Shown in pieces: positions 1 through 8,971 of a DNA stretch of 64,000 bases (position 1 is the first letter of the stretch; each line of letters begins with the position of its first letter). The notes below the pieces were generated by a model, which was given only the letters and a program-made list of their open reading frames with translations, did not search any database and was not told the origin of the DNA. The position numbers were made by a program, and so were the translations under genes. The DNA is from Planctomycetota bacterium (lineage in GTDB: Bacteria; Planctomycetota; UBA11346): assembly GCA_038231435.1 (NCBI GenBank), contig JBBRLJ010000015.1:48798-112797 (forward strand), read 5' to 3'.

Positions 1-1020
1 GCGGACGGCACTCGCCTGCGACTGTCCTCGAGGACGGTAGCCACGCTCGAACCCTCCAGTGACTCGGCTTCGGCCGGGAAGCGCGTCCATGTCCAGCATG
101 GCGAGGTGGCGGCGCAGGTCGCCAAGCAGCCAGCCGGCTCGCCGATGGTGTTCACCTCCGACGATGCAGCGGCATCGGTGAACGGCGACAACCTGACCTT
201 CGCCACCGCGACGGATGGCTCGCGGCTCGACGTCACCGCCGGGAAGGTGCGCCTGACGCGCGTCTCCGACGGCGCCAGCATCGACGTCGGCAACGGCGAG
301 TTCGGCGTGGTCGCGTCTGGCAGCGAGCTGGTGGCCAAATCCAGCAAGCCCACGCCGAAGCCCGAGCCCGCGCTCGCGGGGGCGCAACAGAAGCAGGCCA
401 ACGCCAAGAAGCGGGTGTTGTTGCTGAGGCAGCATCCGACCGACGACCCGATGGTCGCCGCCCGCCTCGAGCATCTCGGTTACGATCTCCAGATCGTGTC
501 CGACAGTGCCGCGCAGGCCGCGGACGCGAATGGCATGTCACTGGTCGTGATTCCGGAGTCGGTGCTGGCGAGCAACGTGGGCACCAGATTCCGCGAGGTG
601 AAGGTGCCGGTCCTGTGCTGGGAATCCGGACTGTGGGGCGACCTGGGAGAGAGTCGCGCTGGAGCGATCATCGAGAAGGATGCCAGCGTCGTCATCGCGG
701 ACGCCAAGAATCCGCTCGCACTGCGCTTCGCCGGAACGGGCAAGGTCTCGAACGCACCAGTCCACGCCGCCTTGGCGATGAAGAACGGCAAACCCCAGAA
801 GGGCAAGATCGTCGTCCCGCCGGAACAGGATCCTCGCGCCATCGGCCTGTTCGCGTTCGACGCTGGCCAGGAGATGGACCAGGGGTTCAAGGCTCCCGCC
901 CGGCGCGCGGGGTTTTCTCTGCACGGCACCGCCGAGGGTGCGCTCTCAGCCGAAGGCTGGGCCCTGTTCGACGCGGCGGTGCGCTGGTGCGCCGGCGATC
1001 CGCAGCCGCCCCGCAAGTGA
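1..1020 (+). CDS. FecR-domain protein (5'-truncated by the window edge) with a C-terminal alpha/beta domain
   Basis: Frame 1 is open from base 1. ADGTRLRLSSRT...VHVQHGEVAAQVAKQPAGSPMVF...SRLDVTAGKVRL is a FecR-like beta-strand pattern. Stop TGA at 1018-1020. Confidence 0.7.
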   Translation, partial: ADGTRLRLSSRTVATLEPSSDSASAGKRVHVQHGEVAAQVAKQPAGSPMVFTSDDAAASVNGDNLTFATATDGSRLDVTAGKVRLTRVSDGASIDVGNGEFGVVASGSELVAKSSKPTPKPEPALAGAQQKQANAKKRVLLLRQHPTDDPMVAARLEHLGYDLQIVSDSAAQAADANGMSLVVIPESVLASNVGTRFREVKVPVLCWESGLWGDLGESRAGAIIEKDASVVIADAKNPLALRFAGTGKVSNAPVHAALAMKNGKPQKGKIVVPPEQDPRAIGLFAFDAGQEMDQGFKAPARRAGFSLHGTAEGALSAEGWALFDAAVRWCAGDPQPPRK

Positions 1021-1055
1021 ACCTCGACGGGGACCGCATCGGGAGCTCGACGGCG

Positions 1056-1838
1056 ATGACCTCGACGCTGGCGCGACTCAAGATCCTCGGCGAAGCCGAG
1101 GCTCAGAGCTTCATCGAGGACGGTTGGGTGGTGGTGAAGGAGGCCTTCCCGCGCGAGCTGGCCGAGCGCATCGCGCCGCTGTTCTGGCGCTACCTGCGCG
1201 AGAAGCCCGACGATCCCTCGACCTGGACCCAGGAGGGGGTGCTGATCAAGACCAACATTGCCGACGAGCCCGCGCCGCAGGTGGTGACCCAGCGTTATCG
1301 CGACGTCGTCGACGACCTCTGCGGAGGGGGCCGTGCCTGGCTCGATCCTAGACTGGGTTACGCGCCGATCCGCTTTCCCGGCTTCTCGTCTCCGCCATGG
1401 GCCGCCACCGGCTGGCACGTCGATGGCAACTTCTTCCACCACCATGTCCACTCGCGGGAGCAGGGCCTGGTCGGTGTCGACCTGTTTACCGAGATAGACG
1501 AAGGTGGCGGCGGCACCGCCGTGCGCGTGGGCTCGCACCGCATCGTCTCGCGCATCCTCGCCGCCCACGAGCCGGGCGGCCTGTCTCCGGCGCAGCTCGG
1601 GCAGCTCGCGAACGTCGAAACCGCGCGCTGCCGGGTCGTCGAGATCCGCGGCGGTCCCGGCGACGCGGTGCTCATGCATCCGCATCTGGTGCATGGCAGC
1701 AGCACGAATCTCAGCCGTAGGGTCCGGCTCGCCGCGAACCGCTGCGTGTCGCTCTCCGAGCCGATGCGGCTCGAGCGCGACGATGGATCGGCGTATTCGC
1801 TCGTCGAACTGGCGATCCGCGCAGCCCTGGTCGAGTGA
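1056..1838 (+). CDS. Phytanoyl-CoA dioxygenase (PhyH) family Fe(II)/2OG oxygenase
   Basis: FIEDGWVVVKEAF N-terminal motif, HxD (WHVDG), GDAVLMHPHLVHGS distal His, and RVRLAAN Arg. An alternative start GTG at 1017 overlaps the upstream stop. Confidence 0.85.
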   Translation: MTSTLARLKILGEAEAQSFIEDGWVVVKEAFPRELAERIAPLFWRYLREKPDDPSTWTQEGVLIKTNIADEPAPQVVTQRYRDVVDDLCGGGRAWLDPRLGYAPIRFPGFSSPPWAATGWHVDGNFFHHHVHSREQGLVGVDLFTEIDEGGGGTAVRVGSHRIVSRILAAHEPGGLSPAQLGQLANVETARCRVVEIRGGPGDAVLMHPHLVHGSSTNLSRRVRLAANRCVSLSEPMRLERDDGSAYSLVELAIRAALVE

Positions 1839-1873
1839 AACGAGCCGCCCTCGACCTGGGGCACGTCGTTGGA

Positions 1874-1898
1874 TGGCTCCTGGCTCCTTGGCTCCTGG
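1874..1898. repeat. Short intergenic heptamer tandem repeat (TGGCTCC)x3
   Basis: tggctcc tggctcc t tggctcc tgg, read directly from the sequence. Confidence 0.6.
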
Positions 1899-2043
1899 TT
1901 GATGAAGGCCGGATTCGATGACCAGGATGGGTCTCACAGCCCTAACAGAGGCTCGGTAGGGCCCGTCGGGGGGTGCACACGCGCAGCGTCGAGACCGCGG
2001 GTTCGATTCAACGTAACCATCGACCGGCGTATCATCTGAAGCG

Positions 2044-4062
2044 ATGTTCGGCCGCCTCAACCCTGGCCGCCTGCCCTTCCTGGGCTTGGCGCTGGCCCCA
2101 TGCGTCCTCGGCGGTGCCGAGGATGCCTCGGTGGCGACGTGTTCACGCGACAAGGAATCGCCTGCCGCCGCGGTCGGGGTGGCCCGGATCTGCTTCCCCG
2201 ACGGCGCGCTCGCGCATGGCGTCGCCGCGATCAGCCAGCCATCCGGCCAGGCGGTCGGCGCGCGCGTGCTGTGGAGCGCGCCCGGCGAGCCCGCCACCAT
2301 CCTCTTTGACGCCTCGGGCAACGCCGCCAGCTACGCCTTCCGCGGCGCCGCCAGCGAGGCCGCGTGGGAAGCGCGCGCCGGGGTGACGATCGAGGCCCGC
2401 CGTCGCGTCGACGGCCCGGCCGATACCTGGGAGCAGGCCTTGGCGCTGTGGAACCACTGCACCGAGGTCGAAGGTCGCGCGTTGGTGGCGAACGTCTTCC
2501 ACGGCATCAACCCGTGCGGTGAGACCCGCGACTACGGCGCCGAATACCATGGCTGGTTCCAGGTGGCCAAGGCTGGCGACTACCGCTTCTCGACGCTGTC
2601 CGACGACGCGTCGTTCATCGCCATCGACGGCAAGGTGCTGGTGCAGTGGGGCAGCCCGCACGGCCTCGATGGCGGCCAGCACGGCCAGCACGGCGCCAAC
2701 ATCACCCTGCAGGCCGGCCCGCACCAGGTGCAGTACCTCTACTTCCAGTTCGGCGACAATCCGATCGTCGAGCTGGCCTGGCAGCCGCCGGGCGAGAAGC
2801 AGCCCTCGGTGATGCCGGCGAGCGCCTTCATCCCGATCGCCCAGTACCATGTCGATGCCATGACCTGGCCGGGCGAGCGGCCGTGGTTCTCGTGGGAGAT
2901 GGCCGGCAACGCCATCGCTGGCGGCCAATCCCTGATCGAGGTCGCGCTGACGGCGCACCTGCCGAAGGGCGCCACCAAGGCGGTGTGGAGCTTCGACGAT
3001 GGCGGCACCGCCGAGGGCCTCACCCCGCACCACTGCTTCGCCCGCGGCGGAACGCGCGAGGTGCGGCTCGAGACCTTCGCCGGCGCGGCCAAGCTCGAAC
3101 CCTGCGCGCGGACCATCTCGGTGCATCCCCTGTGGACGCAACTCGAGGAATGGAGCGATGGCGCGCACAACCGCATGCGCGGCGATCTCGGCAAGCGCGA
3201 CGTGCAGCGCATGCCGGCCGCGGATGTCCTGGCCCTGGTGCGCTACGCCGCCTTCATCGGCGACGGCGGCTGGATCACCGATATCGGCAAGGGTGTGCTC
3301 GCCGACGCCAAGCATTGGGGCGCGGGCGGCGCCGAGCTGCTCGGCGAGCTCGGGTTCCAATTGCAGGATCCGGACGTGCGCCAGTACGCGCCAGCCGCCG
3401 ATGCGTGGCGCGCCTTCCTGTCGCTGGTGCCCGACCACACCCCGGCTCGTGAGCACGCGGCGCTGCACTGCGGCGGCCTGCTCATCCATTGCCTCGACCT
3501 GCCCGACGAGGCGCTGGCCATCCTCGGGTCGATCGATCCCAAGAAGCTCGAGCGCGAGGAGCCGCGCCTGCTCGCGCTCTATCTTGGCGACGGCGCGCTC
3601 GCCAAGGGAAACATCGACGGCGCGCGCGCCAAGTACGCAGAAGCCGGCGACGTGGTGAAGCCGGGCGATCTCGGCTACGCGGTGCGCCGGCGCACCCGCC
3701 TCGAGGCCGCCAAGGACTATTGCGCCCGTGGCGAGCACGAGCAGGCGCTGCAGGTGCTGCGCGAGATCGAGTGGGAGACGCCCGCAGAGCGCCTCGGCAC
3801 CGAGACCGGGCTGCTGAAGGTGCGGGCGCATCTCGGACGCAAGGAGCTGCAGTTCGCGCTCGCCTGCTGCAAGCACATGCTGGTGGCCGTCGGACCCGAC
3901 GAGCACCGCGCCGACGTGCTGTTCGCGCTGGTGCAGACCGAGCTGGCGTGCAAGGATCGCGCCGCTGCGATCGAAGCCGCTCGGGTCCTGGTGAAGGACC
4001 ATCCCTACAGCGAGGCCGCGGCCAAGGCCAAGGACGCCGTGCCTGAGGCGGCGCACAGATGA
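2044..4062 (+). CDS. Exported PA14-domain / PKD-like / TPR-like protein
   Basis: Signal-like N-terminus. PA14-type segment YGAEYHGWFQVAKAGDYRFSTLSDDASFIAIDGK...LQAGPHQVQYLYFQ...ELAWQPPG. PKD-like WSFDDGGTAEGLTPHHCF. Helical TPR-like C-terminus ending LVKDHPYSEAAAKA. Confidence 0.75.
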   Translation: MFGRLNPGRLPFLGLALAPCVLGGAEDASVATCSRDKESPAAAVGVARICFPDGALAHGVAAISQPSGQAVGARVLWSAPGEPATILFDASGNAASYAFRGAASEAAWEARAGVTIEARRRVDGPADTWEQALALWNHCTEVEGRALVANVFHGINPCGETRDYGAEYHGWFQVAKAGDYRFSTLSDDASFIAIDGKVLVQWGSPHGLDGGQHGQHGANITLQAGPHQVQYLYFQFGDNPIVELAWQPPGEKQPSVMPASAFIPIAQYHVDAMTWPGERPWFSWEMAGNAIAGGQSLIEVALTAHLPKGATKAVWSFDDGGTAEGLTPHHCFARGGTREVRLETFAGAAKLEPCARTISVHPLWTQLEEWSDGAHNRMRGDLGKRDVQRMPAADVLALVRYAAFIGDGGWITDIGKGVLADAKHWGAGGAELLGELGFQLQDPDVRQYAPAADAWRAFLSLVPDHTPAREHAALHCGGLLIHCLDLPDEALAILGSIDPKKLEREEPRLLALYLGDGALAKGNIDGARAKYAEAGDVVKPGDLGYAVRRRTRLEAAKDYCARGEHEQALQVLREIEWETPAERLGTETGLLKVRAHLGRKELQFALACCKHMLVAVGPDEHRADVLFALVQTELACKDRAAAIEAARVLVKDHPYSEAAAKAKDAVPEAAHR

Positions 4063-4135
4063 GCCTCGCGCGCCGGTCACGCATCACGCTCTTCCGACAT
4101 TCGACTCCGCACGGATTCCTCAAAGGAACATCCCG

Positions 4136-5659
4136 ATGAAGACCTCCAACCGTCTTGTCCTCGCCGTCCTCGCATCCTGGGTGTTCGGTACCGCCGCCGA
4201 GGCGGCGAGCGAGAACGACTGGTTCGTCCCGCTCGGCCCGCCGCCCAAGGCGGCGCCGCGGCGCATCAACGGCGGCGAGAGCTTCCCGCCGCTGCCGCTT
4301 CCGGCCACGCCGTTGCGCCGCAGCGAGCGCAAGAAGCAGCCGAGCGCGCCGCCCTTGATCGGCAAGGTGGTGTGGGGCGAGGCCGCGTCGTTCACCTACG
4401 ACACCGGCGACAAGCTGGACATCAGCGATTGGAACCTCTGCCCCGGCGACCTGCAGCAGGTGCTCGAGAAATCCAAGCGCGTGCTCGGCGTCGCCTACGG
4501 ATCCGAACAGGTTTCGCTGTCGTCATTCCACTACGATCCCGAGAAGCTGCCGGTGCTGTTCGTCAGCGGCGTGCGCTCGGTGGCATTCAGCGATGACCAG
4601 GTCGCGCAGCTGCGCGGCTACATGCTCAAGGGCGGCATGGTGATCTTCGATTCGGTCGCCGGTTCGCCGTACTTCACCGAGGCGGCGCGCTCGTTCGCGC
4701 GGCGCGCCTTCCCTGAGTCGCCTTTGCGCACCGTGCCCGCCGATCATCCTCTCTACCACATGACCTATGACATCGACAAGGTCGGCTTCCCGAAGAACGC
4801 GCCAGGTGATCGTCCAGCATACGAGGCCACCTACCTCGGCTGCCGCTGCGCGATCCTGATCTCGCCCTTCGGCCTGGGCACCGGCTGGGACGATCACGAG
4901 GTGCCGCTCCTGAAGCAGGCGATCTACTACGACGTCGAATCCTCGTCCAAGCTCGGCGTCGACCTCATCGCCTACGCCATCGGCTATGCCCACGTCGGCC
5001 AGGAGGAGGCCAAGCCCGAGCTGTTCGGCGCGCTCGACGAGAAGCGCCCGGCGAATGAGTTCGTGTTCGCGCAGATCCGCCACGAAGGCCATTGGGACGT
5101 GCACCCTGGCGCCGCCGCTGCGCTTCTCGGACGTGTGTGCCAGGACACCGCCGTGGCGGCGAGCCGCAAGCGCGTGGCCGTGACGCCGGGCAAGGACGAC
5201 CTGAGCCCGTTCCCGGTGCTGTTCCTCACCGGCATGGACGACTTCCATTTCTCGCCCGAGGCCCAGGCGGCGCTGAAGAACTTCCTCGCCGCGAACGGGA
5301 CCCTGGTGATCGACAACGGCCTCGGCCTGGCGACCTTCGACGCCGCGGTGCGCCGCGAACTCGCGGGCATCATCCCCGGCGCGCAGCTCGCGCCGATCCC
5401 TGCCGACCACGCACTGTACTCGACCGCACTGCCGGTGCGCGAGGTGCAGTACACGCCGCTGGTGGCGCGCGAGAAGCCGGACCTCAAGTCGCCGTACCTC
5501 GAGGGCATCTCGATCGGCGGCGATCTGCGCGTGATCTACAGCCCGTACGATCTCGAGGCCGGCTGGGGCGGCTGCGAGCATCCGATGATGCGCGGCTTCC
5601 AGCCTTCGTCGGCGACGGCGATCGGCCTGGATGTGATCGTGTATTCGGTCACGCACTGA
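4136..5659 (+). CDS. Exported protein with two DUF4159-like domains
   Basis: Signal peptide followed by two repeats of P(V)LF..G...FS......LR.Y/FL..GG/T.VI.D and P.DH.LY, as seen in DUF4159 proteins of MoxR/Bat clusters. Confidence 0.8.
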   Translation: MKTSNRLVLAVLASWVFGTAAEAASENDWFVPLGPPPKAAPRRINGGESFPPLPLPATPLRRSERKKQPSAPPLIGKVVWGEAASFTYDTGDKLDISDWNLCPGDLQQVLEKSKRVLGVAYGSEQVSLSSFHYDPEKLPVLFVSGVRSVAFSDDQVAQLRGYMLKGGMVIFDSVAGSPYFTEAARSFARRAFPESPLRTVPADHPLYHMTYDIDKVGFPKNAPGDRPAYEATYLGCRCAILISPFGLGTGWDDHEVPLLKQAIYYDVESSSKLGVDLIAYAIGYAHVGQEEAKPELFGALDEKRPANEFVFAQIRHEGHWDVHPGAAAALLGRVCQDTAVAASRKRVAVTPGKDDLSPFPVLFLTGMDDFHFSPEAQAALKNFLAANGTLVIDNGLGLATFDAAVRRELAGIIPGAQLAPIPADHALYSTALPVREVQYTPLVAREKPDLKSPYLEGISIGGDLRVIYSPYDLEAGWGGCEHPMMRGFQPSSATAIGLDVIVYSVTH

Positions 5660-5675
5660 TCCTCGAAACGGCTCC

Positions 5676-8018
5676 ATGATGGCCTCGACCAGCGCAGCAG
5701 CCGAATGCTCGGTCGCATCATCGGCGCCCATCGGGCGCCGATCGCGGCTGTCGGGCTTCGCCGCCGCCGCCGCCGCCGCCGCCGTTGCCTGGCTCGGGCC
5801 GGGCGCGGTGGCGCAAGCGGTCGAGGTACGGTTGTGCGCGCCTCTCGCGACCGTGGTCGCCGCGCCGGCCGCGCCCGCCGGCGACAAGCTGCTCACCGCC
5901 GATGTCGCGGTGCCGCGCGACGCGCCCGCCGATCTCGGCGTCGGCGCCTACGTCTGCGACCGCGACGGGCACTGGTTCCAGCGCATCCTGCCCGGCGCGC
6001 TCGCGCCGGGTCGGCACCGCGTCGAATTCCCGCTCGGTGCGGACGAACTGCTGACCAGCGAGCCGAACCGCGCGCTGTGGCTGCCGGACGAGTCGCAGGT
6101 GTCGCTGCGCGCCGGACTGTTCTTCTACTCGGCGAGCTCGAGCCGAGCGACGCTCGCGGTCGATGACCTGCGCGTGGTGGCCGACCAGCCACGCGGCGGA
6201 GCTGCGCCCAACGTGGCGATCGCGCACCGCCTGCTCGAGACCGCGCTCGACGGTATGTCCGGCGATGGCGCCGCGCACATCGCCAGTGGCGAGCGCTGGT
6301 GCCTGCGCGCGCAGCCCCAGCCTTTTCCGGCAAATCCCTACGATGCCAGCGAGTTCAGCCTGGATCTGGTGGTGACCGGCCCCGATGGCGCCCAGCGGCG
6401 CATCGCGGGATTCTTCCAGCAGCCGATGGCTGAGCGGGATCGCGGCGACCGCGAGGTGCTCGCGCCCTCGGGAGCCGGCTCCTTCATGGTACGCTTCCGT
6501 CCCGCGCGCGCGGGGCACTACGCGCTGCGGCTCGAGGCGCGCTGGCGCGATGGTGCGGTCGTCGCCCAGGCGCTTCCCGACCTGGTCGCTGACGGCGTCT
6601 CGCGCCAGGCCTACGCCGCGGTGGATGCGGCGGATCCCAGGTTCTTCAGCCTGCGCTCGAGCGGCGCGGCGGACGGGGCATTCTGGTGGCCGGTGGGCCT
6701 GAACCTGCATTCGCCTTACGACCTGCGCAGTCGCGACGCGCTCGGCACCCGGCTCACGCCCGACCGCGGCAGCCTGGTCTACGACGCGATGTTCGACCGG
6801 CTCGCGGCCGCAGGCGGCGACGCCTGCGAGATCTGGATGTCGAGCTGGAACGTCGGCCTCGAATGGCGTTCGGACTGGCCGGGATTCCAAGGCATGGGCC
6901 GCTACAACCAGGGCAACGCCTGGAAGCTCGACGCCATCCTCGACCACGCGCTCGCGCGCGGCATCCGCGTCAACCTGGTGATCAACAACCACGGCCAGGC
7001 CTCCGCCAACGCCGACCGCGAATGGAAGGACAATCCCTGGAATTCCGCCCTCGGCGGTCCCATCGACCATCCCATCGACATGTTCGCCGATCCCGCCGCG
7101 CTCGCCGGCCAGGAGCGCCTGCGCCGTTACATCATCGCCCGATACGCCGACCATCCCGCCATTCTCGGCTGGAAGTTGTGGTCCGAGGTCGACCTCACCG
7201 CTGCGCGCGGCGAGGTGGCGTGGCGTTGGCACGAGCAGGCTGCGGCGCGCTGGCACGCGCTCGACGGCTACCGCCATCCGGTAACCACCCATTGGGCCGG
7301 CGATTTCCGGCGCGTGAATCCCGCGGTCGCGGTGCTGCCTGGCATCGACTACCTGTGCATCGACGCCTATCGCCACGCCAACGCCAACGGCGCGTGGCGG
7401 CTGCTCGCCGACATCCTCTCCGACAGCACCGTCTATCCGGGCCGCGGCTTGGCCATGTACGGCAAGCCGATCCTGACCACCGAGTTCGGCGCCGGATCCG
7501 GCGCATCGCCCGAGCCGTGCCGGCTGGTCGATCACCTCACCGGCGCGTGGGCGGCGCTGGTGTCTGGCCACGCCGGCGCGCCGATGCTGTGGTGGTTCGA
7601 GTGGGTCGACCAGGGCGAGCGCTGGCAGCCCTTCATCGCCATACGCTCCTTCATCGGCGGCGAGGATCTGCGCGGCGGGCGCTCGGCCGCGCTCGATGCC
7701 ACGCCCGACGATCTCTGGGCGCGCTGCTGGGTGCGCCAGGGCCGGCTGCTCGGCTACCTGCTCGATCGCCGCTGGGGCGCGGATGGCAGCGCACATGGAG
7801 AGATCGCCGGCGCGACGGTGACGATCGGCGGCCAGGTCGGCGCCGGCAGCCTGCGTCTGGAATGGTGGAACGCCGACAGCGGCGAGCTGATGTCGACGAG
7901 AGAGTTCTACCATCCTGGTGGCGCGCTGGCCCTGTCCGCGCCGACCTTCGCCCGCCACATCGCCTTCAAGCTCGGCCGCGCCGAGTCGAACGACGGCGCG
8001 GCCGGTGGCACACCATGA
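5676..8018 (+). CDS. Exported DUF5060 / clan GH-A (GH5-like) glycoside hydrolase-like protein
   Basis: NPYDASEFSLDLVVTGPDG...F..RFRP...G.Y is a DUF5060-like Ig domain. TIM-barrel motifs RYIIARYADHPAILGWKLWSEVD and KPILTTEFG. Confidence 0.75.
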   Translation: MMASTSAAAECSVASSAPIGRRSRLSGFAAAAAAAAVAWLGPGAVAQAVEVRLCAPLATVVAAPAAPAGDKLLTADVAVPRDAPADLGVGAYVCDRDGHWFQRILPGALAPGRHRVEFPLGADELLTSEPNRALWLPDESQVSLRAGLFFYSASSSRATLAVDDLRVVADQPRGGAAPNVAIAHRLLETALDGMSGDGAAHIASGERWCLRAQPQPFPANPYDASEFSLDLVVTGPDGAQRRIAGFFQQPMAERDRGDREVLAPSGAGSFMVRFRPARAGHYALRLEARWRDGAVVAQALPDLVADGVSRQAYAAVDAADPRFFSLRSSGAADGAFWWPVGLNLHSPYDLRSRDALGTRLTPDRGSLVYDAMFDRLAAAGGDACEIWMSSWNVGLEWRSDWPGFQGMGRYNQGNAWKLDAILDHALARGIRVNLVINNHGQASANADREWKDNPWNSALGGPIDHPIDMFADPAALAGQERLRRYIIARYADHPAILGWKLWSEVDLTAARGEVAWRWHEQAAARWHALDGYRHPVTTHWAGDFRRVNPAVAVLPGIDYLCIDAYRHANANGAWRLLADILSDSTVYPGRGLAMYGKPILTTEFGAGSGASPEPCRLVDHLTGAWAALVSGHAGAPMLWWFEWVDQGERWQPFIAIRSFIGGEDLRGGRSAALDATPDDLWARCWVRQGRLLGYLLDRRWGADGSAHGEIAGATVTIGGQVGAGSLRLEWWNADSGELMSTREFYHPGGALALSAPTFARHIAFKLGRAESNDGAAGGTP
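5760..5783 (+). repeat. (GCC)8 trinucleotide repeat encoding poly-Ala in a signal peptide
   Basis: Eight consecutive GCC units in frame (FAAAAAAAAVAWL). Confidence 0.9.
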
Positions 8019-8971
8019 GCGATGTCGTGATCCGCGCCAAGAGCCGCATCCCGTCAGTGTTCCTCGCATCGTCGCTGCTCATCCTCATGCCGATCGTGGT
8101 CGTGGCCGAGGATGCCGCGCCCGCGGATGTCGCGATCTCGGTCACGGTCCGCGACTTGGCCTTCGGCCAACGCATCGACTACGTCCTGGGCGATGGCCAG
8201 CATCCGTTCGTGGACGAGGACAACCGGCGGGCGCTGCTCGGCTTCGACGCGCGGGCGAACGGACGTGTCGCCGTCTTGGGATTCTCGGCGCTGGCGTTCA
8301 CGGAATGCGTCTCCGACAGCGGCGAGGCGCTCGACCCGACGCTGCCGCTGACCGTGGGCGGCACCGTCGACCATGAGCGCAAGGCCGATCCGGTGATCGC
8401 GCTGTTCACCGTCGGCATGCCGATCGGCAAGCATCCATATGCCGGCATCGCGCGCCTGCGCGGCACCGTTGAGGTTCAGTATGCGAGCGGCGATCCGGAG
8501 CGATGGGATGTGACATTCGCGGCGCTCAAGGCTGGAGACACATCAGGGGACAAGGCCAGCGACGACTGCGCGATCGGTGGGCACGAGGACCTCACCCTCG
8601 CGGTGGCGGATCCGGCGGATCCCAGTCCCGGTGGTCAGCTCGCGCTGCGCGTCAGCCCCCAGGCGCGGCTCGCGGTAGTGGATCTCGAGTTCCGCGACGG
8701 CGCGGGCAAGCCCATCGCCATCAAGAGCAAGCGGCCCGACCGCCGCGACGCCAAGCCCGGGAAGCGCAAACGCCAGCCGGTGGGCGGCAAGGACGACGTG
8801 CTGATCTACGCGGTGACGCTGCCCGACGACGCCAGCGTCACCGTGCGCTACTACCCGACGATCGAGCGCCGCACCGTGCCGATCGCGATCGACGCCCTGC
8901 CCTTCGGGCTGACGCTGTCCGGTCACGACGGCGTACGCGGCGAACCGCCACGGGGGGCGGATGATCTCTGA
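8015..8971 (+). CDS. Exported hypothetical beta-rich protein
   Basis: ATG at 8015 overlaps the upstream TGA (ATGA). Signal peptide VFLASSLLILMPIVVVA-ED. This is the 3' part of track ORF 6686..8971. Confidence 0.7.
   Translation: MSDVVIRAKSRIPSVFLASSLLILMPIVVVAEDAAPADVAISVTVRDLAFGQRIDYVLGDGQHPFVDEDNRRALLGFDARANGRVAVLGFSALAFTECVSDSGEALDPTLPLTVGGTVDHERKADPVIALFTVGMPIGKHPYAGIARLRGTVEVQYASGDPERWDVTFAALKAGDTSGDKASDDCAIGGHEDLTLAVADPADPSPGGQLALRVSPQARLAVVDLEFRDGAGKPIAIKSKRPDRRDAKPGKRKRQPVGGKDDVLIYAVTLPDDASVTVRYYPTIERRTVPIAIDALPFGLTLSGHDGVRGEPPRGADDL

Noticed and set aside
1997..2013. GCGGGTTCGATTC resembling a tRNA T-loop
   Set aside because: The flanks do not form a T-stem and no cloverleaf can be built.
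5760..5783. (GCC)8 as a phase-variation tract
   Set aside because: The triplet unit keeps the frame and would only alter the signal peptide's Ala count.
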